Shown here piece by piece: positions 1 to 9,116 of a DNA stretch of 32,000 bases. The stretch comes from Erysipelothrix larvae (lineage in GTDB: Bacteria > Bacillota_I > Bacilli_A > Erysipelotrichales > Erysipelotrichaceae): NCBI RefSeq assembly GCF_001545095.1, contig NZ_CP013213.1, forward strand, positions 1,350,001 through 1,382,000, in the 5' to 3' direction. The stretch's first letter is position 1. Each line of letters begins with the position of its first letter. A program made the translations under genes and the position numbers. The notes below the pieces were generated by a model. That model searched no databases. It was not told the DNA's origin and was given only the letters and a program-made list of their open reading frames with translations.

Positions 1-1
1 T

Positions 2-562
2 ATGAAAAACAGACTCGATGATGTGCTTGACAGAGCTTCCTTGCGATTATGGTTTGAAAGCTATCATACAGAAGAAACAGAATGCTGGGTAAGAACCAGT
101 ATGAAACCAACGTCAGGAGCGCTTTACTATTTGGATGTTGTTGAAGAAGCGTTGTGTTTTGGATGGATTGATAGTACAAAAAAACGTATTGATGACGTTT
201 CGTATCAGCGGTTATCACCACGAAGAAAAAATAGTTCTTGGACACAGCTTAACATTCAGCGCGTCCTAAGACTTCAAAGAATGGGGATGATGACAGCGTT
301 TGGGTTATCTATTGTGCCACCTGAAGCACTTGATTTTAAGATTGATGCAGATATCTTGATGCGAATCAAAGAAGATCCGATTGTTTACGAAAACTTTCAA
401 AACATGCATCCTCTTTATCAAAAAGTACGACTTGACACCATTCAAAGTGTAAGAAAAGACCCCGTTCATTTCAATAAACGGCTTGATCGTTTTATCGAAC
501 AGACAAGAAACAACATAATGTATGGGCAGTGGAACGATAATGGTCGTCTTTTGGACGACTAA
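2..562 (+). CDS. YdeI/OmpD-associated family protein
   Basis: 186-aa ORF with ATG at nt 2. The block EEALCFGWIDSTKKRIDDVSYQRLSPRRKNSSW is characteristic of the YdeI family. A hairpin terminator lies downstream. Confidence 0.7.
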   Translation: MKNRLDDVLDRASLRLWFESYHTEETECWVRTSMKPTSGALYYLDVVEEALCFGWIDSTKKRIDDVSYQRLSPRRKNSSWTQLNIQRVLRLQRMGMMTAFGLSIVPPEALDFKIDADILMRIKEDPIVYENFQNMHPLYQKVRLDTIQSVRKDPVHFNKRLDRFIEQTRNNIMYGQWNDNGRLLDD

Positions 563-639
563 TTCGAACACTCAATCAAAACACAAACATTAACCTACTG
601 ATAAATCATGTGACATTTCTCTTTATGGTTCAACGTTTT

Positions 640-701
640 AAAAAATACCACTATAATGTGAGAAGCAACCCTTTGCTTACAAACACTACAGTGGTATTTT
701 T
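640..701. terminator. Compound hairpin between convergent genes (bidirectional terminator candidate)
   Basis: Outer stem AAAATACCACT (641-652) pairs with AGTGGTATTTT (690-701). Inner stem AAGCAA/TTGCTT (663-668/673-678). An A-run lies on one side and a T-run on the other. Confidence 0.5.
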
Positions 702-736
702 AATGTGTTAAATAAGAATCAAATCTAAAAGAGCGA

Positions 737-1084
737 TCAAGCACTCAGTTTTACACCCGTTTCAACCATCGCCTTGATTAAGTCATACGGAAGTGGTTTA
801 TCAAGTGGAAATTGAACGGAACCTTTTGCACTTTTATATTCCTTCAATTCATCCTTAAAGATTTCCATCACTTTAGCACCCGGATAAAATCCAATATGCT
901 TCTTAAACGCTGCAAAGTGACAGACATTCTTTTTAAGTGCGAATGTCGGGATATTGTAGCCAATACGTTCTACAAAGTTCGCATTCACGCTGTTGATTTG
1001 CGCTCTGAGTTCTTGTAAGATTGGTCGAACTGCTTCATCGCTTAGCGCGATGTACTCATCAATCGATGAAAATTTATAAGACAT
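737..1084 (-). CDS. DUF1801 (YdhG-like) domain protein
   Basis: 115-aa ORF. AAGGAG lies 4 nt before the ATG. Motifs IDEYIA...FAAFKKHIGFYPG...KGSVQFPLDKPLP are typical of the DUF1801 family. Confidence 0.7.
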   Translation of the reverse strand: MSYKFSSIDEYIALSDEAVRPILQELRAQINSVNANFVERIGYNIPTFALKKNVCHFAAFKKHIGFYPGAKVMEIFKDELKEYKSAKGSVQFPLDKPLPYDLIKAMVETGVKLSA

Positions 1085-1092
1085 ACTTCTCC

Positions 1093-2016
1093 TTAAGGTA
1101 AAATATTACCAGCTGCTTTATAAAGTTTATACCATTCTTCACGTGTAAGCACTATATTAGCGCCTTCAGCGATTTCTAATACGCGATGTGGGTTCATGGT
1201 TCCTGCTATCATTTGAATGCTTGCAGGGTGTCTTAATACCCATGCAGTTGCAATTGCGGTATTTGTGACATTGTATTTTAGTGCAAGTTCATCAAGAATT
1301 GCATTCACTTCTGGGAACTTTTCATTGCCGATATAAATGCCTTCAAAGTATCCGTAAATAAACGGTGACCAAGCTTGAAGGGTTATATCATGAAGTCTTG
1401 AGTACTCTAGGATTGCTCCATCACGATCAACTGCTGCTTCATTATAATTGTTGACATTAAAACCACTGTCAATCATTGAAGTATGCATAAGGCCAAATTG
1501 GACTTGGTTCATCAGTAAGGGTTGTGTTACTGTTTTTTTCAACATTTCGATTTGCATGGCGTTAAAATTACTCACACCAAAATGTTTAACTTTACCTGAA
1601 GCATACAGTTCGTTAAATGCTTCTGCTACTTCATCAAGATCCATCAATGTATCCGGACGATGTAACAAAAATGAATCTAAGTATCCAGTGTTTAACCGTT
1701 CTAAAGATTTGTCAACACTATTTAGGATATGTTCTTTTGAAAAATCAAACATGCCTAAGTCGGGACGAATGCCAGCTTTGGATTGAATCCATAGCGCATC
1801 GCGTGATACACCTAAGGCTTTGATGCTTTGTGCAAAGACTTCTTCCCCTTTACCACCACCATAAATATCTGCATGATCAAAGAAGTTCATGCCATGGTCT
1901 AAAGCATTTTGAATGACTTCATTCACAACTTCTAAGGGTTTGTCGCCCATTCTCATACATCCTAATATTACTGCAGGTACTTCTATCTCTGTATTGCCTA
2001 ACTTTATATATTTCAT
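1093..2016 (-). CDS. Aldo/keto reductase family oxidoreductase
   Basis: 307-aa ORF with a GGAGGAGG SD. AKR hallmarks are present: LGCMRMG, FFDHADIYGGGKGEE, LLHRPD, HFGVSNF. Confidence 0.85.
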   Translation of the reverse strand: MKYIKLGNTEIEVPAVILGCMRMGDKPLEVVNEVIQNALDHGMNFFDHADIYGGGKGEEVFAQSIKALGVSRDALWIQSKAGIRPDLGMFDFSKEHILNSVDKSLERLNTGYLDSFLLHRPDTLMDLDEVAEAFNELYASGKVKHFGVSNFNAMQIEMLKKTVTQPLLMNQVQFGLMHTSMIDSGFNVNNYNEAAVDRDGAILEYSRLHDITLQAWSPFIYGYFEGIYIGNEKFPEVNAILDELALKYNVTNTAIATAWVLRHPASIQMIAGTMNPHRVLEIAEGANIVLTREEWYKLYKAAGNILP

Positions 2017-2044
2017 AACCTCCTCCTTTCATCTTCATTTTACA

Positions 2045-3265
2045 CTAACTTTGATTATTTGTATCAAGTTTCTTTATATCTTTATTGATTAGCATGCATA
2101 TTCCAATCCCAATCACAATGATTCCTGAATATGCAAACCATTTACCGATCCCAACTTCATCAGCAAACAATGCAGAAATACCTAACCCAAGGGGTGTAGC
2201 CAGTGTTGTAATTGCTCCCACAAGACTAAATACTCGACCTAATACTTCTGCGGGTAATTTTTCTTGAAAAAACACACTGTGTAATCCAGCATAAAACGGC
2301 ATTGAAAATCCCATGACAAAGCATAGTCCAACAAACAGTGCATAGCCTTGTTTTGGAAGTAAGCCACTGAGTAATAAAGTCAGACCGCAAATCATAATTG
2401 AACTACATAGTACCATGGCACGATTCATTCGATTCCCAAGTTTGCTAAGTCCAAGCCCACCACATAACATACCCAAGGCAAACACAATTTCAACAATCGT
2501 AATTTCTTGATTGCCTCCATAAAAGTGTTGCGTACTCATCAGTGGGAATAAAGCACTAATGGGCATAAAGACTACGATGTACATGGATCCAAATAACAAT
2601 AGAGTAACCAGTTCCTTGTGCTTTAATAATGCTTTGAATCCTTCCTTAAATTCAATTAACATTGTTGAACTGACATTCACAATTGTGGGTTTTAACGATG
2701 GAATATAGGACAGAAACACTGTAAAACTCGCAAACAGTGCCCCCATCACATCCAGAAGTATTACCGCATTTAGCCTTCCATATTGGTAGACAATCATAGC
2801 CAGTACTGGACTGATTATATAACTGATTGATTCCAGTGATTGGCTGTATCCTGAGTATTGCGTTAAATGTTGTTTGGGAATGATGAGTGGGGTGATGGCA
2901 CTTAATGAAGGAGCATAAAATGCTTGTCCGATACTTCGAACCAATAGCACACCATAAATCATAAGTAGGCTTACTGGTTTTGTCTGTCCATTTAAAGGAA
3001 TCATAACTCCTGCACTTGCAATCAGTAAATCTGAAGCAATCATGATCTTTTTTCGATCATAACGATCGACAAACACACCGATAAAAGGTCCGAAAAGTGC
3101 GTATGGCAAAAAGCCTATCAGCAATGCGAGTGATAAGTCTTGAGACGTTCCGCCACGTTCAGTAATTGTGTATACAACAGCCATCTGGACCATTGCACTT
3201 GTAATCATCGACACTGCTTGTCCTGACCACAACACAAAAAAATTGGCTTTCCAATTTGATTTCAT
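2045..3265 (-). CDS. MFS transporter (EntS/macrolide-efflux-like MFS_3 type)
   Basis: 406-aa polytopic hydrophobic ORF with a TAGGAGG SD. The GVFVDRYDRKK loop motif follows TM2. Confidence 0.8.
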   Translation of the reverse strand: MKSNWKANFFVLWSGQAVSMITSAMVQMAVVYTITERGGTSQDLSLALLIGFLPYALFGPFIGVFVDRYDRKKIMIASDLLIASAGVMIPLNGQTKPVSLLMIYGVLLVRSIGQAFYAPSLSAITPLIIPKQHLTQYSGYSQSLESISYIISPVLAMIVYQYGRLNAVILLDVMGALFASFTVFLSYIPSLKPTIVNVSSTMLIEFKEGFKALLKHKELVTLLLFGSMYIVVFMPISALFPLMSTQHFYGGNQEITIVEIVFALGMLCGGLGLSKLGNRMNRAMVLCSSIMICGLTLLLSGLLPKQGYALFVGLCFVMGFSMPFYAGLHSVFFQEKLPAEVLGRVFSLVGAITTLATPLGLGISALFADEVGIGKWFAYSGIIVIGIGICMLINKDIKKLDTNNQS

Positions 3266-3412
3266 TATATTGTCCTCCTAATTTTCTTAATTTAATCCTG
3301 TTAAATCAAGAAATTAGCGTAAACGAATTGATGCTGTCATACAAACATCTCCTTTGATGGGTTCATCATAACATATTTTGATACGATTGGTGAGAATGTG
3401 CAAAAGCAAACA

Positions 3413-3440
3413 TAAAAAAAAGCACATCGACTGATGTACT
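3413..3440 (-). terminator. Rho-independent terminator after the ferredoxin-NADP reductase gene
   Basis: Minus strand has an 8-bp stem AGTACATC/GATGTGCT. It contains one G:U pair that exists only on the minus strand. It is followed by U8 (A-run 3414-3421 on plus). Confidence 0.65.
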
Positions 3441-3445
3441 TGTAC

Positions 3446-4408
3446 TTAACGGATTGGCCGATTACGTTTGCCTTCATTGACATAAAGGTTTGCGGCAGCA
3501 GATGCCATCATCCCTTCAGATAGACCTGAGATAATTTGGACCTCACGTCCTTCATAATATGTAATATCACCACAAGCAAAGATGCCTGGAATATTCGTTG
3601 TGGATTGTTGGTTAATCTTGATCTTTTTGCCTTCTAAATCAAGACCCCAAGATTGAATCGCATTGGTTGTGGAGAGTGAACCATAACTTACGATGATTTC
3701 ATCCACTTCAATTTCAACCATATCTTTCGTATTCACTTCTGAAACAAATAGTGAGGTTACTGTGTCATGATCTCCATTTAATTCTGATGGAATGTATGGT
3801 GTCATAATGTTAACGTTTGATTTTTGAAGGCGTTCTACAATACCTTCTTTGGCTCTGAATTCATTTCTACGGTGAATAAGCGTTACAGATTTCGCAACCC
3901 CTTCAAGCATTAAAGCCCAGTCAATGGCACTATCACCACCGCCTAATACGACGACGTTTTTATCTTTGTAGTTACTTTTCTTCTCTACATAGTAGTGAAT
4001 GTTTTTGTAATCATCTTCACCAAAAAGATTCATCTTACGAGGTTCAAACGAACCATTTCCCATTGCGACAATCACAGATTTTGCGAAAATAGCATCTGTT
4101 TCACTTTTCACTTCAAAGTGTTCACCATGATTGATCAAATCAACAACTTTAAAGTTTAATTTCTTTGATACATAGTCTTCGACATTTGAGATTTGTGCAT
4201 CAAGGCGCTGGATAAACTCCCCTGCTGTGATGGTTTCAAATCCCGGTAAATCATAGATTACTTTTTCAGGATATTGGTTACTGAGTTGTCCCCCAACAGT
4301 ATCCAAACTGTCACAAATAATCGTATTAAGCTTTCTTAGACCACAATAATATCCGGTGTAAAGTCCGACAGGGCCTGCCCCAATTACCACTACATCATAA
4401 ACATTCAT
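3446..4408 (-). CDS. Ferredoxin--NADP(+) reductase, YumC/TrxB-like type
   Basis: N-terminal FAD fold YDVVVIGAGPVGLY, second dinucleotide fold VVVLGGGDSAIDWA, and C-terminal FACGD. There is no CxxC redox pair, so this is not thioredoxin reductase. The start is ambiguous: ATG at 4408 (MNVYD) is preferred over GTG at 4420 because of SD spacing. Confidence 0.75.
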   Translation of the reverse strand: MNVYDVVVIGAGPVGLYTGYYCGLRKLNTIICDSLDTVGGQLSNQYPEKVIYDLPGFETITAGEFIQRLDAQISNVEDYVSKKLNFKVVDLINHGEHFEVKSETDAIFAKSVIVAMGNGSFEPRKMNLFGEDDYKNIHYYVEKKSNYKDKNVVVLGGGDSAIDWALMLEGVAKSVTLIHRRNEFRAKEGIVERLQKSNVNIMTPYIPSELNGDHDTVTSLFVSEVNTKDMVEIEVDEIIVSYGSLSTTNAIQSWGLDLEGKKIKINQQSTTNIPGIFACGDITYYEGREVQIISGLSEGMMASAAANLYVNEGKRNRPIR

Positions 4409-4502
4409 TCTTATGCTCACTTCCTTTATATTGTTACTTTAAGTCATGCGATAGAAATTATACACAACAATGCTCAAAGAAACAACATTCTTTTTTGTGA
4501 AA

Positions 4503-4928
4503 TTATTCTTTGTGTTCCTTTACGCCATGTTGATGTTCAATGTTTCGTATGATTGCACTCTTTCTTTCTTGAAATCCTAGTTTTTGATAAAAAGAGAGTA
4601 ATGCTTCATCACAACTGATATCTATCATATAGAGATGGCTTAGTGATTGGATGATTTCTCGCATCAGTTTTGTGGCGATTTGTTGCTTTTGGTATGGTTT
4701 CAAAACTTCAAGCAATGGAATTGCACTTGACAAAACACCATCACTGATTGCATTCACAAACCCAACAATTTTTTGTGTATTTTCATCAACCGCAATAAAC
4801 GCGACTGTACTGTTACTTAATATCTGGCGGTGCGTTTGTTTTGAAGGTGGATGTGGCCATCCATCAAAAAAGCCATCTTCGAGTTCATAATTGTGTTGAT
4901 TGGGATCAAACTTTAGGATTTTAATCAT
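4503..4928 (-). CDS. GNAT family N-acetyltransferase
   Basis: 141-aa ORF with the acetyl-CoA motif QKQQIATKLM...YQKLGF. Its ATG overlaps the stop of the upstream NUDIX gene (ATGA at 4925-4928). Confidence 0.7.
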   Translation of the reverse strand: MIKILKFDPNQHNYELEDGFFDGWPHPPSKQTHRQILSNSTVAFIAVDENTQKIVGFVNAISDGVLSSAIPLLEVLKPYQKQQIATKLMREIIQSLSHLYMIDISCDEALLSFYQKLGFQERKSAIIRNIEHQHGVKEHKE

Positions 4929-5428
4929 GTTAAGCTTCTTTCTACCGATTCTAAATAACGTCGGTATCGGTTTTGTTGGTGATTGATACAGGCATCACTG
5001 TGAAAGAAATCAACCAGTGCATGGGGATCAACCCATTTGTACCCGATGGTTTCTCCACTTTGTAATTGAATACTCGTTTTGTCGCAATTTACGATTGCTA
5101 CATAGGAATAAAAAATATGGGGTTCTTCAATCGCTTTATTGATGCAGGTAAGTGACTCAACCACGATGCCGGTTTCCTCATATACTTCACGTTTCGCACC
5201 ATCAAGGGGTGATTCACCTTTCAGGACACTTCCACCTGCTGAAGCTTCAAAAAACCCTGGATATCCTTCTTTGTCCCATGCGCGTTGCATAAGCAAATAG
5301 CTTGTGTCTTCATGTTGAATCAAAACCTCACATACGATATGATACATGTCTTTGGGTATGGGTTCACCCCGCACTAAGTCAAATCCTGCCAATGTCTCAT
5401 CACGATAATAAGCGTCCCATCGTTCCAT
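4925..5428 (-). CDS. NUDIX hydrolase
   Basis: Nudix box GGSVLKGESPLDGAKREVYEETGI. I place the start at ATG 5428 (MERWDAYY), 6 nt after GGAGTG. The GTG at 5437 from the ORF track lacks an SD. Confidence 0.75.
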   Translation of the reverse strand: MERWDAYYRDETLAGFDLVRGEPIPKDMYHIVCEVLIQHEDTSYLLMQRAWDKEGYPGFFEASAGGSVLKGESPLDGAKREVYEETGIVVESLTCINKAIEEPHIFYSYVAIVNCDKTSIQLQSGETIGYKWVDPHALVDFFHSDACINHQQNRYRRYLESVERSLT

Positions 5429-5562
5429 CCTGTTCACTCCATTCTTACAACATCATATCAAAGTACACATCTTAATAAAAGTCTGTAGTTTGGTTTAAGG
5501 AGAAAAGAGACTTCCATCATCAATTATTTCATCTTATAATGAAATCATGCAGGAGGTATTTT

Positions 5563-6423
5563 ATGAATCTACTTCAAAAACTCAAGACGTTAGATCAACC
5601 CACACATAATGAACAAGTCTTAATTGAATACATGCTCAATCAACCAGAAACTTTTTTGGAATTTAGAGCCAGTGAACTTACACAAGAAGTATTTGTTTCC
5701 CTTGCAACCCTGTATCGGTTATTAGACAAACTTGGTTATAATGGACTGACTCAATTTAAAATTGATTTTGCAGCTTCTTATAAAAAAGAACATTTGAATG
5801 AACCTGGAAGACCAATTGATGTTGATTACCCGATTAATCCAACGGATAGTTATCGTGAGATGAGTGAGACTTTGCTTGATATTTATAAGAGAACCGGTAC
5901 TGAGACACGACTCAACTTTGATTATGCGTCGTTCATGCGCTGTGTTGAAATGATGGATCAAGCTACTTCAGTCACGATATATACGTCTTCTTCAAATATC
6001 TATTTTGCCCGTAATTTCAAGTTTCAAATGCAAGAGATTGGGGGTTTTGTTGAAGTGCCTGAAGATGAGTTTACACAGCGGATTCATGCTGCAAATAGCA
6101 CTCAAAGCTCCGTTGCACTTGTCGTGTCTTATCAAGGACGAAGTAAAATACTTAAGGATGTCATGGCATTACTAAAGGAAAACGGTGCTTTTGTGATTCT
6201 TATCTCATCAAAATACGAGAATCCATTAACAGCCTATGCTGATACAGTGATTTATCTTGCTTCACTTGAGAATCATTACGATAAAGTATCCTCCTTTTCA
6301 TCTCGGTTTTCCTTGCTTTACATCTTTGATCTGCTTTATTCTGGAATATTTTCCCTTCATTATCAAAAGAACCTTACCTTTAAGAAAACAAACTATCAGA
6401 AAATCAACAAAGATCTGAAATAA
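5563..6423 (+). CDS. MurR/RpiR family transcriptional regulator (HTH_6 + SIS domain)
   Basis: The N-terminal HTH region resembles RpiR regulators (SELTQEVFVSLATLYRLLDKLGY), and a C-terminal SIS-like region is present. AGGAGG at 5551-5556 lies 6 nt before ATG 5563, so the track start at 5539 is probably too long. A TATAAT at 5535-5540 is a possible -10. Confidence 0.8.
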   Translation: MNLLQKLKTLDQPTHNEQVLIEYMLNQPETFLEFRASELTQEVFVSLATLYRLLDKLGYNGLTQFKIDFAASYKKEHLNEPGRPIDVDYPINPTDSYREMSETLLDIYKRTGTETRLNFDYASFMRCVEMMDQATSVTIYTSSSNIYFARNFKFQMQEIGGFVEVPEDEFTQRIHAANSTQSSVALVVSYQGRSKILKDVMALLKENGAFVILISSKYENPLTAYADTVIYLASLENHYDKVSSFSSRFSLLYIFDLLYSGIFSLHYQKNLTFKKTNYQKINKDLK

Positions 6424-6508
6424 TTGTATCATTGAGGGATAATAATTGAGGTCTTGTGAAAAACTTGTTTCAACTTTTTCATATCGAGTTTTTCCTCTGA
6501 TAAGTTCA

Positions 6509-6517
6509 TGATATAAT
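6509..6517 (+). promoter_or_regulatory. Extended -10 promoter element (TGaTATAAT) for the Cof phosphatase gene
   Basis: TG at 6509-6510 and TATAAT at 6512-6517, 21 nt upstream of ATG 6538. A GTGAGG SD lies at 6525-6530. No good -35 is visible. Confidence 0.4.
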
Positions 6518-6537
6518 GCATGAAGTGAGGTAAATTT

Positions 6538-7407
6538 ATGAAAGATATTAAAGCGATTGTACTGGATGTTGATGGTACCTTAATGACCAGCACTAAAACA
6601 ATTAGTGATAAAACAAGAAATGCCTTGATTAAGGTTCAAGAACAGGGTGTTAAAGTCATTTTGGCTTCGGGTAGACCCACACCTGGAATGACAGGTTTAG
6701 CACATACACTGAATATGGATCAACACCATGGTTTTTTGATTTCATACAATGGCGCATGTGTTACCGATTGTCAGTCTCATGAAATGATTTATGAGCAACC
6801 GATTCATCCAGACGTTTATGAGCGTTTGTGTAAACATCTTCAGTCCTTTGATGTCATTCCGATGATTGCACATGATGCCTACATGTATGTTAACGATGTA
6901 TTCAATGGCATGATTTATGTTAACCCTAACCCTGCTCCTAAAGACGCGTTATTTAACGTGATTCAATATGAATCACGGGGTGGTGGCTTCTTATTGTCTG
7001 AGTTAGATGATTTATCCACGCTCAAAGAGCATCCAATCTTTAAGGTATTGATTGCTGCACATCCAGATACATTGCAAGAGACATACAAAGACATTATGGC
7101 TCCGTTTATTGATGTAACAAATAGCGCATTTTCTGCACCTTTCTATTATGAATTTACAGACAAAGGTGTCGATAAAGCAGCAACCATTCAACGTCTAATG
7201 GAACCCCTTGGTTATGAGGCATCGAATATTATGGCGTTTGGTGATGGTCATAATGATCAATCGATGTTAGAGTATGCGGGGATTGGTGTTGCGATGGGAA
7301 ATGCCGTCGATGAAGTCAAAGCCATTGCCGATGAGATTACATTATCCAATGATGAAGATGGTATTGCGTTGTCGTTATACAAACAGTTTCCAGATATATT
7401 TGCATAA
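6538..7407 (+). CDS. Cof-type HAD-IIB sugar phosphatase
   Basis: HAD motif I is LDVDGTL, motif II is LASGR, and motif IV is FGDGHNDQSML. Length is 289 aa. Confidence 0.85.
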   Translation: MKDIKAIVLDVDGTLMTSTKTISDKTRNALIKVQEQGVKVILASGRPTPGMTGLAHTLNMDQHHGFLISYNGACVTDCQSHEMIYEQPIHPDVYERLCKHLQSFDVIPMIAHDAYMYVNDVFNGMIYVNPNPAPKDALFNVIQYESRGGGFLLSELDDLSTLKEHPIFKVLIAAHPDTLQETYKDIMAPFIDVTNSAFSAPFYYEFTDKGVDKAATIQRLMEPLGYEASNIMAFGDGHNDQSMLEYAGIGVAMGNAVDEVKAIADEITLSNDEDGIALSLYKQFPDIFA

Positions 7408-7432
7408 AAAAAGTGGCTCATGCCACTTTTTA
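7405..7432. terminator. Bidirectional rho-independent terminator
   Basis: Sequence AAAAAAGTGGC-TCAT-GCCACTTTTT. The 7-bp stem is flanked by an A-run and a T-run. It sits between the convergent Cof and GNAT genes and overlaps the GNAT stop codon. Confidence 0.75.
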
Positions 7433-7945
7433 AATTGCTTTAGACATTGAATAGGCAGTCTGTGAATCAGTAATGGTATCATAGGTAAAGGTTCCCTCTA
7501 CACGATACCCTGCTTTTTCCCAAAATGCTTTCGCGATGGTGTTGTTTTGTACAACACCTATTTTTATAGATGTTCCACCAAGATCTTTAACATAGCGTTC
7601 TACAGATTGAGAACATGCATGTCCAAGTCCTTGCTTGCGATCATCAGGATGAATCATGAGGAGCCCCAGCATCCATGTATCCTGTGTTGGATAGTCCTTA
7701 ATCAGGTCGATAATTGCAATGAGATCGTGCTCGCGATACACACCAAATACATATTTATCTTCAGCTTTTTTTCCCTTTGGCAAATCACTTAGAATTTTTA
7801 AGCCTGCATCCTCACTTGGTGCTACGCCATCAACCAGCATGCTGAAATCAGTGCAGCTGACACAGAGTGCTTGAACGTCATTTACATCCGACAGTGTTAA
7901 ACGTTTTGTGGTAAGTTTTTGTGTTAATGTGTTTATCAGTTCCAT
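7430..7945 (-). CDS. GNAT family N-acetyltransferase
   Basis: 171-aa ORF with an AAGAGG SD. Motif RKQGLGHACSQ...FWEKAGY. It starts 9 nt after the protease stop. Confidence 0.7.
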   Translation of the reverse strand: MELINTLTQKLTTKRLTLSDVNDVQALCVSCTDFSMLVDGVAPSEDAGLKILSDLPKGKKAEDKYVFGVYREHDLIAIIDLIKDYPTQDTWMLGLLMIHPDDRKQGLGHACSQSVERYVKDLGGTSIKIGVVQNNTIAKAFWEKAGYRVEGTFTYDTITDSQTAYSMSKAI

Positions 7946-7954
7946 ATATACCTC

Positions 7955-8773
7955 TTAATGATTTTCTCCATTAATTATACCTGATTTCTTGACTAAATTC
8001 ACAACTTTTTCAAGTGGAACTGCATTCCCTCTATCAAAGTAAGAGAGCTCAAAATTGAAAAGCGTCGCTTTTTGCCCTCCAATGTTAACACCGATTATTT
8101 CGAAATCTTCATTCAATAATGCACTTCCACTGCTTCCATACGATATATGTGCGGAGTGTTTGATTGCCATGACATCTTTTTCTCTATTTGAGTAATGGAT
8201 CCGTTGTGGTTTATTCGTGGTGATTTTTCCCGAAGAAACAACACCATGGCGTCCATCTGGGTTGCTAATCGTAACACATCGTTCGCCTTTTTGAGGGCCA
8301 ACTGATGCAAAAGGAAGAAGAGTTAAGTCTTGTGAAGAGACAAAGGATACAATTGCGATATCATTTTCTTTGTCGACCGCTACGATATTGAGTCGTGGGA
8401 ATTGAGCATAGTATTGGTCAACTCCCATATATTGGCCACCTTCATTCATGTATTCTCGCATACTTTTGTCATTTTCAGTGAGGACAATGTAACTGTTGCT
8501 TTTGTTTTCAGGGACAACGTGATACGCTGTCAAAGCATAATAGGTGTTCCCTGTTTTATAGAATATCGAACCACTTGAACCAGAGTCATAGGATATATGT
8601 TTGAAATCTTCGTTGCCTTTAGTGATCATTGAAACAATTCGGATGTTTGATAGTTTTGTTGTTTGGTCCACAGAATTGATATCAAATTGATCATTTGAAA
8701 TTTTCAAATATAGCACACTAAAAACACTAAATAATACTATTATCGATAATATCCAGCGTCTTTTTTTGCTCAT
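7955..8773 (-). CDS. Trypsin-like (S1 family) serine protease with N-terminal membrane anchor or signal
   Basis: A KKRRW plus hydrophobic N-terminus is present. Catalytic-triad contexts are TAYHVV (His), NDIAIV (Asp) and YGSSGSALL (Ser). SD is GAAGAGGAA. Confidence 0.7.
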   Translation of the reverse strand: MSKKRRWILSIIVLFSVFSVLYLKISNDQFDINSVDQTTKLSNIRIVSMITKGNEDFKHISYDSGSSGSIFYKTGNTYYALTAYHVVPENKSNSYIVLTENDKSMREYMNEGGQYMGVDQYYAQFPRLNIVAVDKENDIAIVSFVSSQDLTLLPFASVGPQKGERCVTISNPDGRHGVVSSGKITTNKPQRIHYSNREKDVMAIKHSAHISYGSSGSALLNEDFEIIGVNIGGQKATLFNFELSYFDRGNAVPLEKVVNLVKKSGIINGENH

Positions 8774-9070
8774 AGTGGGTTCCTCTTCACATCTATTTTA
8801 AACTATATTCTTTGATTTATTAAGTATTACACCTTTAAGATTCATACATTTTATCTGTACCAAACGATTATTTTTATTTCCGCGCGTCACTATAAAAATA
8901 TACTTGATTGTTATTTAAAATTAATACTATTTTTTTGTTGAGCTGTAAAATTATTGCAAGGATTTATAGTTTTTTCTTTTTGTTTTGCGCTTACGAATTG
9001 ATCAATCTACGATTATTAGACCACATAAACTTTAGTGATTCAAGGAAATGGGTATTGGTTTCTTGTATAC

Positions 9071-9100
9071 CAAATTAAAGGGAGATGGTAACCATCTCCC
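9071..9100 (-). terminator. Rho-independent terminator after the YfcC transporter gene
   Basis: 9-bp stem GGGAGATGG/CCATCTCCC (9080-9088/9092-9100) with a 3-nt loop. On the minus strand it is followed by TTTAATTT. Confidence 0.7.
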
Positions 9101-9116
9101 TAATGTCGTATATTGA

